Origin: an uncultured Chloroflexia bacterium | GTDB taxonomy: Bacteria > Chloroflexota > Dehalococcoidia > GIF9 > UBA5629 | NCBI GenBank assembly: GCA_963842805.1 | Contig: CAWJIA010000016.1 | Location: 179,191 to 243,190, forward strand | Direction: 5' to 3' | Length of the DNA stretch: 64,000 bases | Shown here: piece by piece, positions 1 to 10,567 of the stretch | How positions within the stretch are numbered: the first letter of the stretch is position 1 | Layout: the number at the start of each line of letters is the position of its first letter | Position numbers and translations under genes: made by a program | Notes under the pieces: model-generated | Seen by the model: the letters and a program-made list of their open reading frames with translations, nothing else | Told to the model about the DNA's origin: nothing | The model's database searches: none

Positions 1-9
1 ATTTATATC

Positions 10-1179
10 ATGTTTACGCCTTTTTTCTATAAGCTGCAGGAGAGGAAGGTGCCCGTTTCCATCACGGAATGGATGATCCTGATGGAGGCGCTCTCCAAGG
101 GCTGCATAAACAACCTGAATGAGTTTTACTACCTGGCCCGCGCCATCCTGGTTAAAAGCGAGACGCATTTCGACCAGTACGATATCGCTTTCCAGGACTA
201 TTTCAACGGCATTGCGCCTCCTCTCAATTTCACCGATGAGTTGCTTACCTGGCTAACCGATCCCAAAAACAGGCCGCAGCTTACGCCTGAAGAGATAGCC
301 GCTATCAAGAAAATGGATATCGAGGAGATCATGAAGGAATTCGAAAAGCGGCTCACGGAACAGAAAGAAAGGCACGATGGCGGTGATTACTGGATAGGCA
401 CTGGAGGCACTTCGCCTTTTGGCCATTCAGGGTATAACCCGCAGGGCATACTTGTAGGCGGACCGGGCGGCATGCGTAGTGCAGTGCGCATCGCGGAGGC
501 ACGCAACTTCCGCAACTACCGTAGCGATATGACCCTCGATGTCCGCCAGATAAAGGTAGCCCTTAAACAGCTCCGGCAGTTAAACAGGATCGGACCGGAG
601 GATGAACTCGACCTCGACAGGACCATCGATGCCACCTGCAAGAACGCCGGCGAACTGGAATTTAAATGGAAGCGGCCACGTAAGAACAGCGTCAAACTCC
701 TGCTGATTATGGATGCCGGTGGATCCATGGAGCCCTATGCCGACCTGTGCAGCCAGCTTTTCTCGGCTGCCAATTCCCTCAGCCACTTCAGATCCTTTAA
801 ATACTACTATTTCCACAATTGCCCCTATGATGTACTTTATTCTGACATTTACCAGCGCAAGGGCGAGTATATCGAGCACCTGCTCAAGGTGCTGGAGCCG
901 GACTACAAGGTCATCTTCGTTGGCGATGCCTGCATGGCTTACTCAGAGCTTGTTGACCGTTACGGAGACCTCTATTTCCATGGTTATCAGAAGATGTCAG
1001 GCCTGGATAGGCTCCGTCAGTTCAAGTCTCATTTTACTCACTGCACATGGCTCAACCCCGAGACATCCACCCTCCGCAACTATCCCACCGTTCAGATGGT
1101 TGCCAAACTTTTTCCAATGTTTGATCTCACCGTCGATGGGCTAAACATGGCCGTCAAGAAGCTGGTCACCAAAAGGTAA
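10..1179 (+). CDS. VWA (CoxE-like) domain protein, typical partner of MoxR AAA+ ATPases
   Basis: MIDAS-like LLIMDAGGSM; WIGTGGTSPFGHSG and YYYFHNCPYD motifs typical of this VWA family; a MoxR partner would lie upstream of the window. Confidence 0.8.
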   Translation: MFTPFFYKLQERKVPVSITEWMILMEALSKGCINNLNEFYYLARAILVKSETHFDQYDIAFQDYFNGIAPPLNFTDELLTWLTDPKNRPQLTPEEIAAIKKMDIEEIMKEFEKRLTEQKERHDGGDYWIGTGGTSPFGHSGYNPQGILVGGPGGMRSAVRIAEARNFRNYRSDMTLDVRQIKVALKQLRQLNRIGPEDELDLDRTIDATCKNAGELEFKWKRPRKNSVKLLLIMDAGGSMEPYADLCSQLFSAANSLSHFRSFKYYYFHNCPYDVLYSDIYQRKGEYIEHLLKVLEPDYKVIFVGDACMAYSELVDRYGDLYFHGYQKMSGLDRLRQFKSHFTHCTWLNPETSTLRNYPTVQMVAKLFPMFDLTVDGLNMAVKKLVTKR

Positions 1180-1200
1180 CCTCTTTTTTCGATAAATATA

Positions 1201-1229
1201 TAGACAACATATACGGCTACGGTTATAAT
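1201..1229 (+). promoter_or_regulatory. sigma70-type promoter, probably giving a leaderless hpt mRNA
   Basis: TAGACA-N17-TATAAT, with the ATG 7 nt after the -10 box and no Shine-Dalgarno. Confidence 0.65.
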
Positions 1230-1236
1230 CGTCTGC

Positions 1237-1755
1237 ATGTCCGGTACGCCCCGTATACTCATAACACGGCAGGATATCCAGGCGACCATCGAAAGGCTGG
1301 CGGGCGAAATACGCCGGGACTATATGCATAAAAACCCCCTGCTCATAGGCATACTTAAGGGCTCGTTTATCTTCATGGCCGATCTGGTGCGCCAGATAGC
1401 CATGCCGCTAGAAGTGAGCTTCATGCGCCTTTCAAGCTACGGCAGCCGCACGGAGTCGTCGGGTAGGATCAAAGTCCTAACCCGTCTCAGTGAGGCGGTG
1501 AAAGACAGGCACGTCATCGTCGTCGAAGATATCATCGATACAGGGCTCACCACCGCCTGCATCGTTGATTACCTTAATAAGAAAAAGCCTGCCTCGGTAC
1601 GTCTATGCAGCCTGACCGATAAGCCGTCCCGGCATAAGACACCAGTTAAAATCGATTACCTGGGATTTACGGTTCCCGATAAATTCATAGTCGGTTACGG
1701 CATCGACTGGGACGAGAAATACCGTTACCTACCCGACATCTGCTATATAGAATGA
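1237..1755 (+). CDS. hpt: hypoxanthine phosphoribosyltransferase
   Basis: LKGSFIFMADL, SSYG, PRPP-binding VIVVEDIIDTGLT, FIVGYGID. Confidence 0.95.
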   Translation: MSGTPRILITRQDIQATIERLAGEIRRDYMHKNPLLIGILKGSFIFMADLVRQIAMPLEVSFMRLSSYGSRTESSGRIKVLTRLSEAVKDRHVIVVEDIIDTGLTTACIVDYLNKKKPASVRLCSLTDKPSRHKTPVKIDYLGFTVPDKFIVGYGIDWDEKYRYLPDICYIE

Positions 1756-1813
1756 GGGTTTTCGTTATCAAATATTATTTTGCACTAATTGATACCGCTA
1801 TCGGAGGCATGAT

Positions 1814-3520
1814 ATGAGCTTGTCCGATCTGATAGCTGTGGCACGGGGTGATAGGCCCGCCGATCTGGTATTGAAGGATGCACGCATCATAAATACTTTC
1901 ACCGGCGAGATCGAAAAGGGCGATGTTGCCCTCTATCAGGACCGCATTGCCGGTATCGGTGAATACAGAAAAGCCAAAAAAGTTATCGGCCTCAAAGGCG
2001 CATATCTGGCTCCCGGGTTCATCAGCGGCCATATTCATATTGAGAGCTCTATGCTACACCCCTCGCAATATGCCCGTGCGGTCGTTCCCCACGGGACCAC
2101 TTCCATAGTCACGGACCTGCATGAGATAAGCAACGTGTCAGGAAGCGCCGGAATAAAATTCGTGCTGGACTGCGCACGTGAACTGCCCCTAGACTTCTTC
2201 TTCATGGCGCCATCCTGCGTGCCCGCCACACATATGGAGACTGCGGGAGCGGATATCGGTGCGCCCGGGATAGCCAGGCTGCTTAAATGGAAAAACAACG
2301 TTGGCCTGGGTGAGATGATGAACTACCCGGGCGTTATCAACGCCTTTGGCCCGGTTATTGACAAGATACTGGCTGCGCAAGGAACTTTAATAGCCGGCCA
2401 TGCCCCCGGCCTGGGTGGAAAACAGTTGAATGCTTATATGTCCGCCGGCATATACTCCGACCACGAGACTACGAATCTCAAAGAGGGCAGGGAAAAGCTG
2501 CGCCGGGGCATGTATCTTATGATCAGGGAAGGCTCCTCGGAGAAAAACCTGGAGGCCCTGCTACCTCTGGTTACCGACAAGGCATGGCACAGGTGCATGT
2601 TCGTGGTGGACGACCGCTCCTGCTCCGACCTCCTTAATGACGGGGATGTCGATGCTGTAGTACGCAAGGCCATAAAGCTGGGTCTTGACCCCGTCAGGGC
2701 CATCCAACTGGCTACCCTTAACTCAGCCGAATACCACCGTTTCTACGACCTGGGGGCTGTAGCCCCGGGCTACCGGGCCAATCTGGTGACACTAACGGAC
2801 CTCAAGAAATTAAAGGTGGATATGGTCTTCTATAACGGCGGGTTAGCCGCTCGCGGCGGCAAATACCTGGGTCCGCATTCGGGCAAAACCCCGCCAAAGC
2901 TGCTGAAGTCGGTCAACGTACGGCACTTTGACATCAAAGCGCTGCAGCTCAGAATCACTGAAGAGCGCTTCCCGGTCATAGAGATCATCCCCGGCCAGAT
3001 TGTAACCCGCAACACGCCGCTTAAAGTTCCCAGGGGCATTTTCAAGCCTGATACGCAAAAGGACATTCTGAAAGCCGTAGTGATCGAAAGGCATAAGGGG
3101 ACGGGCAATATCGGGCTGGGCATGGTCAAGGGATTCGGCCTCAAGAAGGGAGCGATAGCCTCCACCATCGCACATGACTCGCACAATATTGTCGTTGTCG
3201 GGACGAGCGACGCCGACATTTATGCAGCCGTACAGGCTATTGAGCAAATGCAGGGAGGCCTGGTGGCCTGCAAGGACGGGAAAACCATTGCCCAATTACC
3301 CTTGCCGATATGCGGGCTGCTCTCTGCGCACCCGGCGGAGGAGGTATCCCGGCAATTCGATGCTTTGGAAAAGACAGCCACAAGTCTGGGCAGCCTGCCT
3401 CCGGCCCCCTTCGCCATCCTGTCATTCATCGCTCTGCCCGTTATCCCCGAGTTGCGGCTCACCGATATGGGCATTGTAGATGTGACGCAGTTCAAATTAG
3501 TCAAACAAAAGGGGAAATAA
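1814..3520 (+). CDS. ade: adenine deaminase
   Basis: HIHIESSM, DLHEISNV, GLGEMMNYPG, SDHE, IREGS, AHDSHN motifs; 568 aa. Confidence 0.95.
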   Translation: MSLSDLIAVARGDRPADLVLKDARIINTFTGEIEKGDVALYQDRIAGIGEYRKAKKVIGLKGAYLAPGFISGHIHIESSMLHPSQYARAVVPHGTTSIVTDLHEISNVSGSAGIKFVLDCARELPLDFFFMAPSCVPATHMETAGADIGAPGIARLLKWKNNVGLGEMMNYPGVINAFGPVIDKILAAQGTLIAGHAPGLGGKQLNAYMSAGIYSDHETTNLKEGREKLRRGMYLMIREGSSEKNLEALLPLVTDKAWHRCMFVVDDRSCSDLLNDGDVDAVVRKAIKLGLDPVRAIQLATLNSAEYHRFYDLGAVAPGYRANLVTLTDLKKLKVDMVFYNGGLAARGGKYLGPHSGKTPPKLLKSVNVRHFDIKALQLRITEERFPVIEIIPGQIVTRNTPLKVPRGIFKPDTQKDILKAVVIERHKGTGNIGLGMVKGFGLKKGAIASTIAHDSHNIVVVGTSDADIYAAVQAIEQMQGGLVACKDGKTIAQLPLPICGLLSAHPAEEVSRQFDALEKTATSLGSLPPAPFAILSFIALPVIPELRLTDMGIVDVTQFKLVKQKGK

Positions 3521-3551
3521 AAAAGTCCCGCCTTCAAAAGGCGGGACTTTT
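3521..3551. terminator. bidirectional intrinsic terminator
   Basis: AAAAGTCCCGCCTT-CAA-AAGGCGGGACTTTT perfect hairpin with A/T tracts, between convergent genes. Confidence 0.85.
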
Positions 3552-3569
3552 GAAAATCCCGGGTAAATC

Positions 3570-3965
3570 TTAGCTGCTTTGCTTGGCCTTAAGGCGCGCG
3601 CTCTGCGCCAGCGCCCTTACCGCTTCCAGCAGGTCCTGGCGGCGGCAATCCTTGGTAAGATACCAGCTTGCACCGGCGGCCAGAGCATCTCCGGCATAAT
3701 CGCCGTAAACCGTCAAAAAGAGTATCTTCACATCCGGCATGATCTTCTTGATGCGGCGGATAGCTTCAGGCCCATCCATGCGCGGCATCTGGCCGTCCAT
3801 AAGTATTACATCGGGTTGAAGCTTTTCGGCCTTATCCAAGGCATCCAGCCCATCGACAGCCTGGCCTACGACCTGTATATCTTTGTGACCTTCGAATATG
3901 CTTATAAGCCCCTCCCGAACCACCTCGTTGTCATCGGTAATCATCACTCTGATCGGTTCTTCCAT
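3570..3965 (-). CDS. single-domain response regulator (NarL-like receiver only)
   Basis: ITDDNEVVREG, ILMDGQMPRMDG, FLT and YLTKD receiver motifs; ends without an HTH. Confidence 0.85.
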   Translation of the reverse strand: MEEPIRVMITDDNEVVREGLISIFEGHKDIQVVGQAVDGLDALDKAEKLQPDVILMDGQMPRMDGPEAIRRIKKIMPDVKILFLTVYGDYAGDALAAGASWYLTKDCRRQDLLEAVRALAQSARLKAKQSS

Positions 3966-4001
3966 TTTTCACCCTCTATAATTATTTATGCACTGATATT
4001 A

Positions 4002-4877
4002 TTATCTGTAACGGCCGTAAAGAGTATTGGCTGTCCAGTCCGTCCAATCACGCCGGACCCTGCCTGCCAGCAGGGGTGTTGAATGAAAACCTCCTTCTGA
4101 AAGAAGGATTCCTTTGGAACCTCTGGCCGTCTCGTAGAGGGCCACCGCAGTCGTGTAAGGAGCAATGCTGTCGCCATCGCAATGTACGAACAGTATGGCG
4201 CAGTCCCTGAGCTCCCGTATGACCGCTGAGAGCCTGGCCCTTCCCATAACATTGAAGAACCTGCTCCAGTTCACGCGCACTCTGTAGCCGGCCACTCTCA
4301 TCCAGAACTGCGACAGCAGCCCGGCGAAACCCTTCACCCATGGGAGAGAGCCATCCCGCGGGTATTCCATAACCGGCCTGTCTTCCTGCATAAGCTCTAC
4401 AGGCACTTCAAAGGAAAGTTTACTTATATCACCGTTGATCTCCGGCGGACATGAGATGGCGATCAAAGCGTGCGGCCTGACCTTGCGTGCAGCCAGTATG
4501 GCCGCCAGCGCACCCATGCTGTGCCCCACCAGTGCTATACGTTTACTATCAACGCCGGGCCATGTGGACAGGAAGTCCCGAGCGTCGACAACGTCCTTCA
4601 CAATGTCCTCATCGACTGTGCCTTCGCTTCCGCCGTGACCCCTGAAATCGAAAATGAGCACTGCTATACCTTTGCTGGCCAGGATACGGGCCGGAGCTTC
4701 CACCGTGCGATATCCTGTGCCGAAGCCGTGACACAGTACAGCGCCGGGAACCTTTCCGTCGATAAGGGGAAAGAGCAGCCTGCCGGTCAGCTTAATTTCT
4801 CCGCTTCCGAAGCTAACCTCGGAAACGCTCACTTCGTATTGATTGTTAGACCCTGTTAGTTCCCTTATATTGATCAC
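4002..4877 (-). CDS. alpha/beta-fold hydrolase
   Basis: CHGF oxyanion motif, FDFRGHGGS, nucleophile elbow GHSMG, GDSIAP, C-terminal GGFH. Confidence 0.85.
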   Translation of the reverse strand: MINIRELTGSNNQYEVSVSEVSFGSGEIKLTGRLLFPLIDGKVPGAVLCHGFGTGYRTVEAPARILASKGIAVLIFDFRGHGGSEGTVDEDIVKDVVDARDFLSTWPGVDSKRIALVGHSMGALAAILAARKVRPHALIAISCPPEINGDISKLSFEVPVELMQEDRPVMEYPRDGSLPWVKGFAGLLSQFWMRVAGYRVRVNWSRFFNVMGRARLSAVIRELRDCAILFVHCDGDSIAPYTTAVALYETARGSKGILLSEGGFHSTPLLAGRVRRDWTDWTANTLYGRYR

Positions 4878-4963
4878 GCGTAAATACCTCTCCTGTTAGA
4901 CGGGGTAAGTTTAACGTAATCGGAGTATATGTATAATCAGGAGATAGGTTGGTTTTGTTTATA

Positions 4964-4993
4964 AAAGGGTTGACCTGACAAGGTCAACCCTTT
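4964..4993. terminator. perfect 13-bp inverted repeat: terminator of the response-regulator gene or an operator
   Basis: AAAGGGTTGACCT-GACA-AGGTCAACCCTTT, 30 nt downstream of the RR stop; short T tract on the minus strand. Confidence 0.55.
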
Positions 4994-5022
4994 CGATGAT
5001 ACAAAATCATACTAAAGTATGA

Positions 5023-5667
5023 TTAAAGCTGGATCATGCCTTTTCTGAGAGCAGTGGTTACCGCTTCCGTACGCGTGGTCACGTTGAGCTTCTGGAAGAT
5101 GCTGGTTATATGTGTTTTGACCGTGCTTTGCGTAATGGAAAGCTGGTCGGCGATATCTTTATTCGATACTCCACTGGCCATCAGCCGCAAGACTTCGAGT
5201 TCCCTCTCGGAGAGCATTTCCGCCGACGGTGTTTTCTTCGACAGCTCGGCCAGTCTATCCAGCAGCCTGGAAGCAACTACCGGCTGGATCAGCGATTCAC
5301 CCCTGGAAACCGCCCGAATAGCCTTGAACAGCTCCTCACGCGGAGCGTCTTTCAATAAATATGCCCTTGCCCCTGCGGCAATGCCCTTGAATATATACTC
5401 GTCATCGGAAAAGGTTGTTAGTATGATGAACTTGACCTCGGGTCTCTCTTCCTTGATCTTGCTGATGGCCTCCACGCCGTCCATCTCCGGCATGCGCAAA
5501 TCCATAAGCACTACGTCGGGAGACAATTCACGCACCCTTTCTATGGCTTCCAGGCCGTTGGTGGCTTCACCGACTATTTTAAAGTCCGGCTCACGCTTCA
5601 GCATGGAGCAGATACCTTCCCTTACAACCGGGTGATCATCTACAATTAAAATCTTGATTGCCTCCAC
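5023..5667 (-). CDS. NarL/LuxR-family DNA-binding response regulator
   Basis: VDDHPVVREG...LMDLRMPEMDG receiver plus LSERELEVL...TVKTHITSIFQKL HTH. Confidence 0.95.
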   Translation of the reverse strand: MEAIKILIVDDHPVVREGICSMLKREPDFKIVGEATNGLEAIERVRELSPDVVLMDLRMPEMDGVEAISKIKEERPEVKFIILTTFSDDEYIFKGIAAGARAYLLKDAPREELFKAIRAVSRGESLIQPVVASRLLDRLAELSKKTPSAEMLSERELEVLRLMASGVSNKDIADQLSITQSTVKTHITSIFQKLNVTTRTEAVTTALRKGMIQL

Positions 5668-5678
5668 GCTCTTACCTC

Positions 5679-7796
5679 CTATGCAAGAGGAATTGAAACC
5701 CTGACGGTAGTGCCTTCTCCCTTTTCGCTCTGGACCTCGAAGTTGCCCTGCTGACCCAGCGCCCTCTCGCGCATGCTTATCAACCCGTAGCCGCTCTTGC
5801 CCGGTTTTTTATTAGCCCCCGGGTCGAAGCCCTTGCCGTTGTCTGTGATGCTTAAATCCACGGCGGAATCGTTGAAGCTGAGGACGACGCCCACCTCGCT
5901 GGCCTCCGCATGCTTGGAGATGTTGGCCAGCGATTCCTGGCATATGCGGAAAAGGGCAACGCCCATATCGGGAGGTAGGTCGCGCCTCTCCCCGAAAAGT
6001 GTGAAGTTGGCATCGATGCCGTTATCCTGCCTGAACCTCTCGACCTCCTGCTTGATGGCCTCGTCCAGCCTGAGCTGTTCCAACGCCTGAGGGCTGAGGT
6101 TCCATACGGAGCGCCTGGCCTCCGCCAGGCTCTTGCGCGCCAGGCTGCGCGCCTGGTTGAGGTGTCTCTGCACCTCATCATTGGTGTCCCCCAGCGCCTG
6201 CTCCGTAGCTTCGAGCTGCAATATTATGCCGGTGAAGCCCTGCGCCAGCGTATCGTGTATCTCCCGCGCCATGCGGTTGCGTTCCTCGGTAACAGCCATC
6301 TGACGCGTTTCCTGGTAGAGACGGGCATTTTCAATAGCTACAGCAAGCTGGTCGGCCAAGGTCTGGGCCGTGAAGACGTCCGCCTCATCGAACCCGTTGG
6401 CCTCGGCACTCTCGATATCGAGTACACCCAGCACCCTCTCGCCCATTTTTACCGGAACCGCCAGCTCCGATTTAGTCTCGCTCATATGCTCCGTTTTTTT
6501 GTATTCGGGTTCGGCCTCCATATCGTTGATCAGGACATAGTCGCCCGATCTGGCTGCCTTGCCTATGATGCCCTGTTCGTCCATTTCGAGGGGCACGCCC
6601 ACGGGTATAACGCTTTTCTGCCCGCTGAAATGAAGTGTCTTAAGCATCAATTTGCCCGAGTTCGGCTCGAACAGGAATATATTGACGTTGTAGAAATGGA
6701 AGGTCTGTCTCAGCAGGTTGCCCACGTAGGCCAGCAGCTCATCCAGGTTGACGATCGAGCTGATCTTGCGGCTGACCTCGTTGATGGTACGCAATTGCTC
6801 CGCCCTCTGACGTTCCTTTTCCGTACGCTCGATCACCTTCTGTTCCAGGTTGCTATAAGATTCCTGCAGGGCGGAGCCCATGGCATTGAATTGTTCGGCC
6901 AGCACCTGCATCTCGTCACCCGTATTCACGTTGAGGGTGAAGTTAAGTTCGCCTTTACCTATATTCTCCGAACCCTTGGTCAGCGCCATCACCGGTCGGG
7001 TAATGGTTTCCGATAGCAGGAAGGATATGCCTGAGACCACTACCACCATGGCGACGATAACTGCAATAAATATCAGTTCGGCTTCTCTGGACTGCTTGTC
7101 CACCTGGTTACTCATATCCTGGACCGCTGTGGCGATCTGGTCCTTGGTATCCTGGGCAGCAGAGGAAAATTCATCGAGATAAGTGGAAGCCGACACTACC
7201 AGCTTTGTATCCTGTACCGGGACCGTGTACATATACTTGGTTCGTTCCTGTGTGTCGGAAGGCCCCTTATAGCTATAGTATCCCGAGGCGTCCTCGCCAA
7301 GCAGGCTCCTTTCGAAAATCGATGAATAATATGTCGGCTCTCCTCCAATCTGGCGGAGATTGGAGCCTATCAGCTTGGGATCAAGAGCAAACAGAACTAT
7401 GCCTGTGGTATCGTAGACCCTGGTGTTGCCCGTTCTGCCCACGCTCTGCACCGCGATGGAGCGCAACTCGCTGTCCGTCATCATTGCTTGCTCGTCCAGG
7501 TTTGGATGCAACTGGAGGTAAAAATAGATCTGCTGGGCCACATCGTCGGCCTTCTGAGATATAGTTCTCCGGCCCTGGTCCTCCAAAGCTGCAATTGTCA
7601 CCGACATCACGGTCTCGCCCAGCGTGGCGCTGTATTGCTTGGTCAGTGAACCCACCGAACCGATATAGCGCAGCGCCAGTGAGCTGATGATGCCCACCGA
7701 AATAAGCGATAACGCCAGGAAGGAGATAAGGATCTTGTCGCGTATGCCGAATCGGATATGGACTTTGTTCCTGCGGCCAGGGTTTTTATCCGGCAT
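5679..7796 (-). CDS. sensor histidine kinase (2 TM, Cache-like sensor, HAMP, GAF, HisKA_3, HATPase)
   Basis: Two TM segments, HAMP (TGDEMQVLAEQFNAM), GAF (SELAVPVK...GVLDIES), ERNRMAREIHDTLAQG, QESLANISKHA, DNGKGF; start set at MPDKN (7796). Confidence 0.92.
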   Translation of the reverse strand: MPDKNPGRRNKVHIRFGIRDKILISFLALSLISVGIISSLALRYIGSVGSLTKQYSATLGETVMSVTIAALEDQGRRTISQKADDVAQQIYFYLQLHPNLDEQAMMTDSELRSIAVQSVGRTGNTRVYDTTGIVLFALDPKLIGSNLRQIGGEPTYYSSIFERSLLGEDASGYYSYKGPSDTQERTKYMYTVPVQDTKLVVSASTYLDEFSSAAQDTKDQIATAVQDMSNQVDKQSREAELIFIAVIVAMVVVVSGISFLLSETITRPVMALTKGSENIGKGELNFTLNVNTGDEMQVLAEQFNAMGSALQESYSNLEQKVIERTEKERQRAEQLRTINEVSRKISSIVNLDELLAYVGNLLRQTFHFYNVNIFLFEPNSGKLMLKTLHFSGQKSVIPVGVPLEMDEQGIIGKAARSGDYVLINDMEAEPEYKKTEHMSETKSELAVPVKMGERVLGVLDIESAEANGFDEADVFTAQTLADQLAVAIENARLYQETRQMAVTEERNRMAREIHDTLAQGFTGIILQLEATEQALGDTNDEVQRHLNQARSLARKSLAEARRSVWNLSPQALEQLRLDEAIKQEVERFRQDNGIDANFTLFGERRDLPPDMGVALFRICQESLANISKHAEASEVGVVLSFNDSAVDLSITDNGKGFDPGANKKPGKSGYGLISMRERALGQQGNFEVQSEKGEGTTVRVSIPLA

Positions 7797-9039
7797 TGGC
7801 CCCCTTGTCGGCAGAGAGTTTTTCATTGATTAACTTTTCACCATATTCAAGCAGCTTCTTACGCCTTTCAACCGCAATGTTTTGCGTCTCCATATATTTT
7901 CTCAGGGCTTCCAGCGGGGTCAGGTTGTCATTAATCCAGCCTGCGCCCCTGCTCCTGGAAACTTTTCTTATATCCCTGGCAATGCTTACATTATATGCTT
8001 CTTTTAAAGCTTTAAAAATTTCACCGTCCCTTAGGGCTGAGGCCAGATGGCCGGGCAGTGACAGCTTCAAGCGGACTATAGCGCCCGCAATATCGCCCGA
8101 TTTATGTGCAATTTCAGACAATACCCTTCCGGTGGGGTCGGATTCTTCATCGGGGACCTCTATTTCCAGCGTCAGGAAACGCCTGGCCTGCATTTTATGG
8201 AACTCATATTCGACCTGCTTCTTTTTCCCCACTTGCTTTATCTCAGATACGTAAAAGCCCTTATCTTCACCTTCGTCGCCGAAATCCAGCCTCTCCAGGC
8301 TTCCGGCGTAGACGACCGGCGGGTCTTCACTCAAAACCTGTTGCCTGTGCACATGTCCCAGGGCGATATAGTCGTAGACCGGGTTGGCGATGGTACTGAG
8401 CATGACCACCGGGTCGCTGCCTATGACCATATTTTTCTCGGTGCCGGTTTTGGCGCTGGAAATGGCGACATGCGCCGCCAGGACGGCAGGTTTGGATGGG
8501 TCTATATTCCCTGCCAGCTCCACCAGTTTGTCCGCCATGGCATCCTGGAGCTGCTCTATCACCTGCCCGATGCCCAGGTTTTTAATATCCTCTCTGGCCA
8601 GCAGAGCGGTGCGCCTGGGCCAGGGGAAGACGGCCACCTGGATCTCGCCTTTTCCCGTGGTGATGTTTAATACCTCCGGCTTGCCCGCTACATGGACGAA
8701 TTCAATATCCAGTGTATCGAATATCTCCACCGAGCTGGCCTTGCCCGCCGCTCCTGCCAGGTCGTGGTTGCCCACCACCACCACCGTGTGGATTTTAGCC
8801 TCCGAGAGACGCCGTATTCTCCGGGCAAACTCCCTCTGGTAGGTCGGCGAGGGCTCCCGGTTCTTGTAGGCGTCGCCGCAGAATAATACCAGGTCGGCCT
8901 TATCTTTGATGGCGAAGTCGATAACCGCGTCCAGCGCCTTCAGCTCGTCGATGACACGCGTATTGAGTCCGGTGGCAGAGTCCACGCCGCCGTAAGTTTC
9001 CAATCCTATATGAGCATCAGCAAAATGTACAATTTTCAT
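7786..9039 (-). CDS. sbcD: SbcD/Mre11-family DNA repair exonuclease
   Basis: HFADAHIG, CGDAY, GNHD, AH, ALGHVH, YAGSLERLDFG metallophosphoesterase motifs; start set at MKIVHF. Confidence 0.9.
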   Translation of the reverse strand: MKIVHFADAHIGLETYGGVDSATGLNTRVIDELKALDAVIDFAIKDKADLVLFCGDAYKNREPSPTYQREFARRIRRLSEAKIHTVVVVGNHDLAGAAGKASSVEIFDTLDIEFVHVAGKPEVLNITTGKGEIQVAVFPWPRRTALLAREDIKNLGIGQVIEQLQDAMADKLVELAGNIDPSKPAVLAAHVAISSAKTGTEKNMVIGSDPVVMLSTIANPVYDYIALGHVHRQQVLSEDPPVVYAGSLERLDFGDEGEDKGFYVSEIKQVGKKKQVEYEFHKMQARRFLTLEIEVPDEESDPTGRVLSEIAHKSGDIAGAIVRLKLSLPGHLASALRDGEIFKALKEAYNVSIARDIRKVSRSRGAGWINDNLTPLEALRKYMETQNIAVERRKKLLEYGEKLINEKLSADKGANAG

Positions 9040-9079
9040 ATTTAAATTCAATCAATTGGCTGCCATGCATACAGACCAC

Positions 9080-10393
9080 TCAAAAACTAAATCTGGATTT
9101 CAGTCTATCAAGCAATTCGGCGACCGGCACCCTTTCCTGCTGCATGCTGTCCCTCTCGCGAATAGTGACCTGGTTATCGTCCAGTGAGTCGAAATCAATG
9201 GTCACGCAGAAGGGCGTGCCGATCTCATCCTGCCTGCGGTAGCGCCTGCCGATGCTCTGCGCATCATCGTACTGCGTCATGAAATGCGGTCGCAGCAGGT
9301 CGTGCACTTCTTTAGACTTGGGAAGCAGTTTGGCGTTGCGGCTGAGCGGCAGCACCGCCACTTTGATGGGGGCGATCTCCGGCTTGATATGCAAAACGAC
9401 CCTGGTCTCTTTGTCCGCCGGCTCCTCGTCGTAGGCGTCGCACAGCACGGCCAGCAGGGAGCGGTCCACACCTGATGACGGTTCGATCACATAGGGAATA
9501 TATCGTTCGCTTTTCTCCTCATCGAAATAGTCCAGCGTCTTGCCGCTGAACTTGGAGTGCTGTGTGAGGTCGTAGTCGCCGCGGTTGGCTATGCCCTCGA
9601 TCTCGGACCAGCCGATGGGGAAATTATATTCCACGTCGAAGCAGCCCCTGGCATAGTGGGCCAGTTCCTCCTTACCATGCTCCCTGAGGCGCAGGTTATC
9701 CCTCTTGATTCCCAGGCTGACATAGTAATTAAGCCTTTCTTTGACCCAGTAATCGAACCACTGCTGGTCGGTGCCTGGCTTGACGAAATACTCGATCTCC
9801 ATCTGTTCGAACTCGCGGGTACGGAAAATGAAGTTGCCGGTGGTTATCTCGTTGCGGAATGATTTGCCTATCTGGGCGATGCCGAAAGGCAGCTTCTTAC
9901 GGGTGGTGGACTGCACATTCTCAAAATTGACGAACTGTGCCTGAGCCGTCTCCGGCCGCAGGTAAACGATGGCGGCGGCATCCTCCACCGGGCCCATGAA
10001 GGTCTTGAACATCAGGTTGAACATGCGGGGCTCCGTAAGCTGTCCGCCGCAGTTGGGGCAGGCGGAGGTGTCGATATCGGTTGAGCGGAACCTCTGACGG
10101 CAGTCTTTACATTCCACCAGCGGGTCTGAGAATCCGGCTAAGTGGCCGCTGGCCTCCCAGACTCTGGGATGCATCATGATGCTGGCATCGATGCCCACCA
10201 TATCGTCGCGTTCCTGCACGACCTTCTTCCACCAGAAATCCTTGATATTCCTTTTAAGTTCAACGCCCAGCGGGCCGTAGTCCCAGCAGCTGGCCAGGCC
10301 TCCGTATATTTCACTGCTCTGGAAGACAAAGCCGCGCCTTTTGCAGAGCGAGACGATCGTCTCCATATCAACTTTTTTGGTATCTTCCGGCAC
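9080..10393 (-). CDS. glyQS: glycine--tRNA ligase, alpha2 (homodimeric) type
   Basis: [55 protein letters not shown]. Confidence 0.97.
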   Translation of the reverse strand: MPEDTKKVDMETIVSLCKRRGFVFQSSEIYGGLASCWDYGPLGVELKRNIKDFWWKKVVQERDDMVGIDASIMMHPRVWEASGHLAGFSDPLVECKDCRQRFRSTDIDTSACPNCGGQLTEPRMFNLMFKTFMGPVEDAAAIVYLRPETAQAQFVNFENVQSTTRKKLPFGIAQIGKSFRNEITTGNFIFRTREFEQMEIEYFVKPGTDQQWFDYWVKERLNYYVSLGIKRDNLRLREHGKEELAHYARGCFDVEYNFPIGWSEIEGIANRGDYDLTQHSKFSGKTLDYFDEEKSERYIPYVIEPSSGVDRSLLAVLCDAYDEEPADKETRVVLHIKPEIAPIKVAVLPLSRNAKLLPKSKEVHDLLRPHFMTQYDDAQSIGRRYRRQDEIGTPFCVTIDFDSLDDNQVTIRERDSMQQERVPVAELLDRLKSRFSF

Positions 10394-10567
10394 GGTATCC
10401 TCCCTGATAGACTTTCAAAAGACTACAAATTATACCACTTACATTGTTAAAACAGCATTAAGGCCACGTATTCTGGGGAAATACTGAACACTAAATACCA
10501 AATCCTAAACAAATACAATAATCTGAACACCGATATTTCTAGCTTTACCACGTAGTATAATAAAGTT

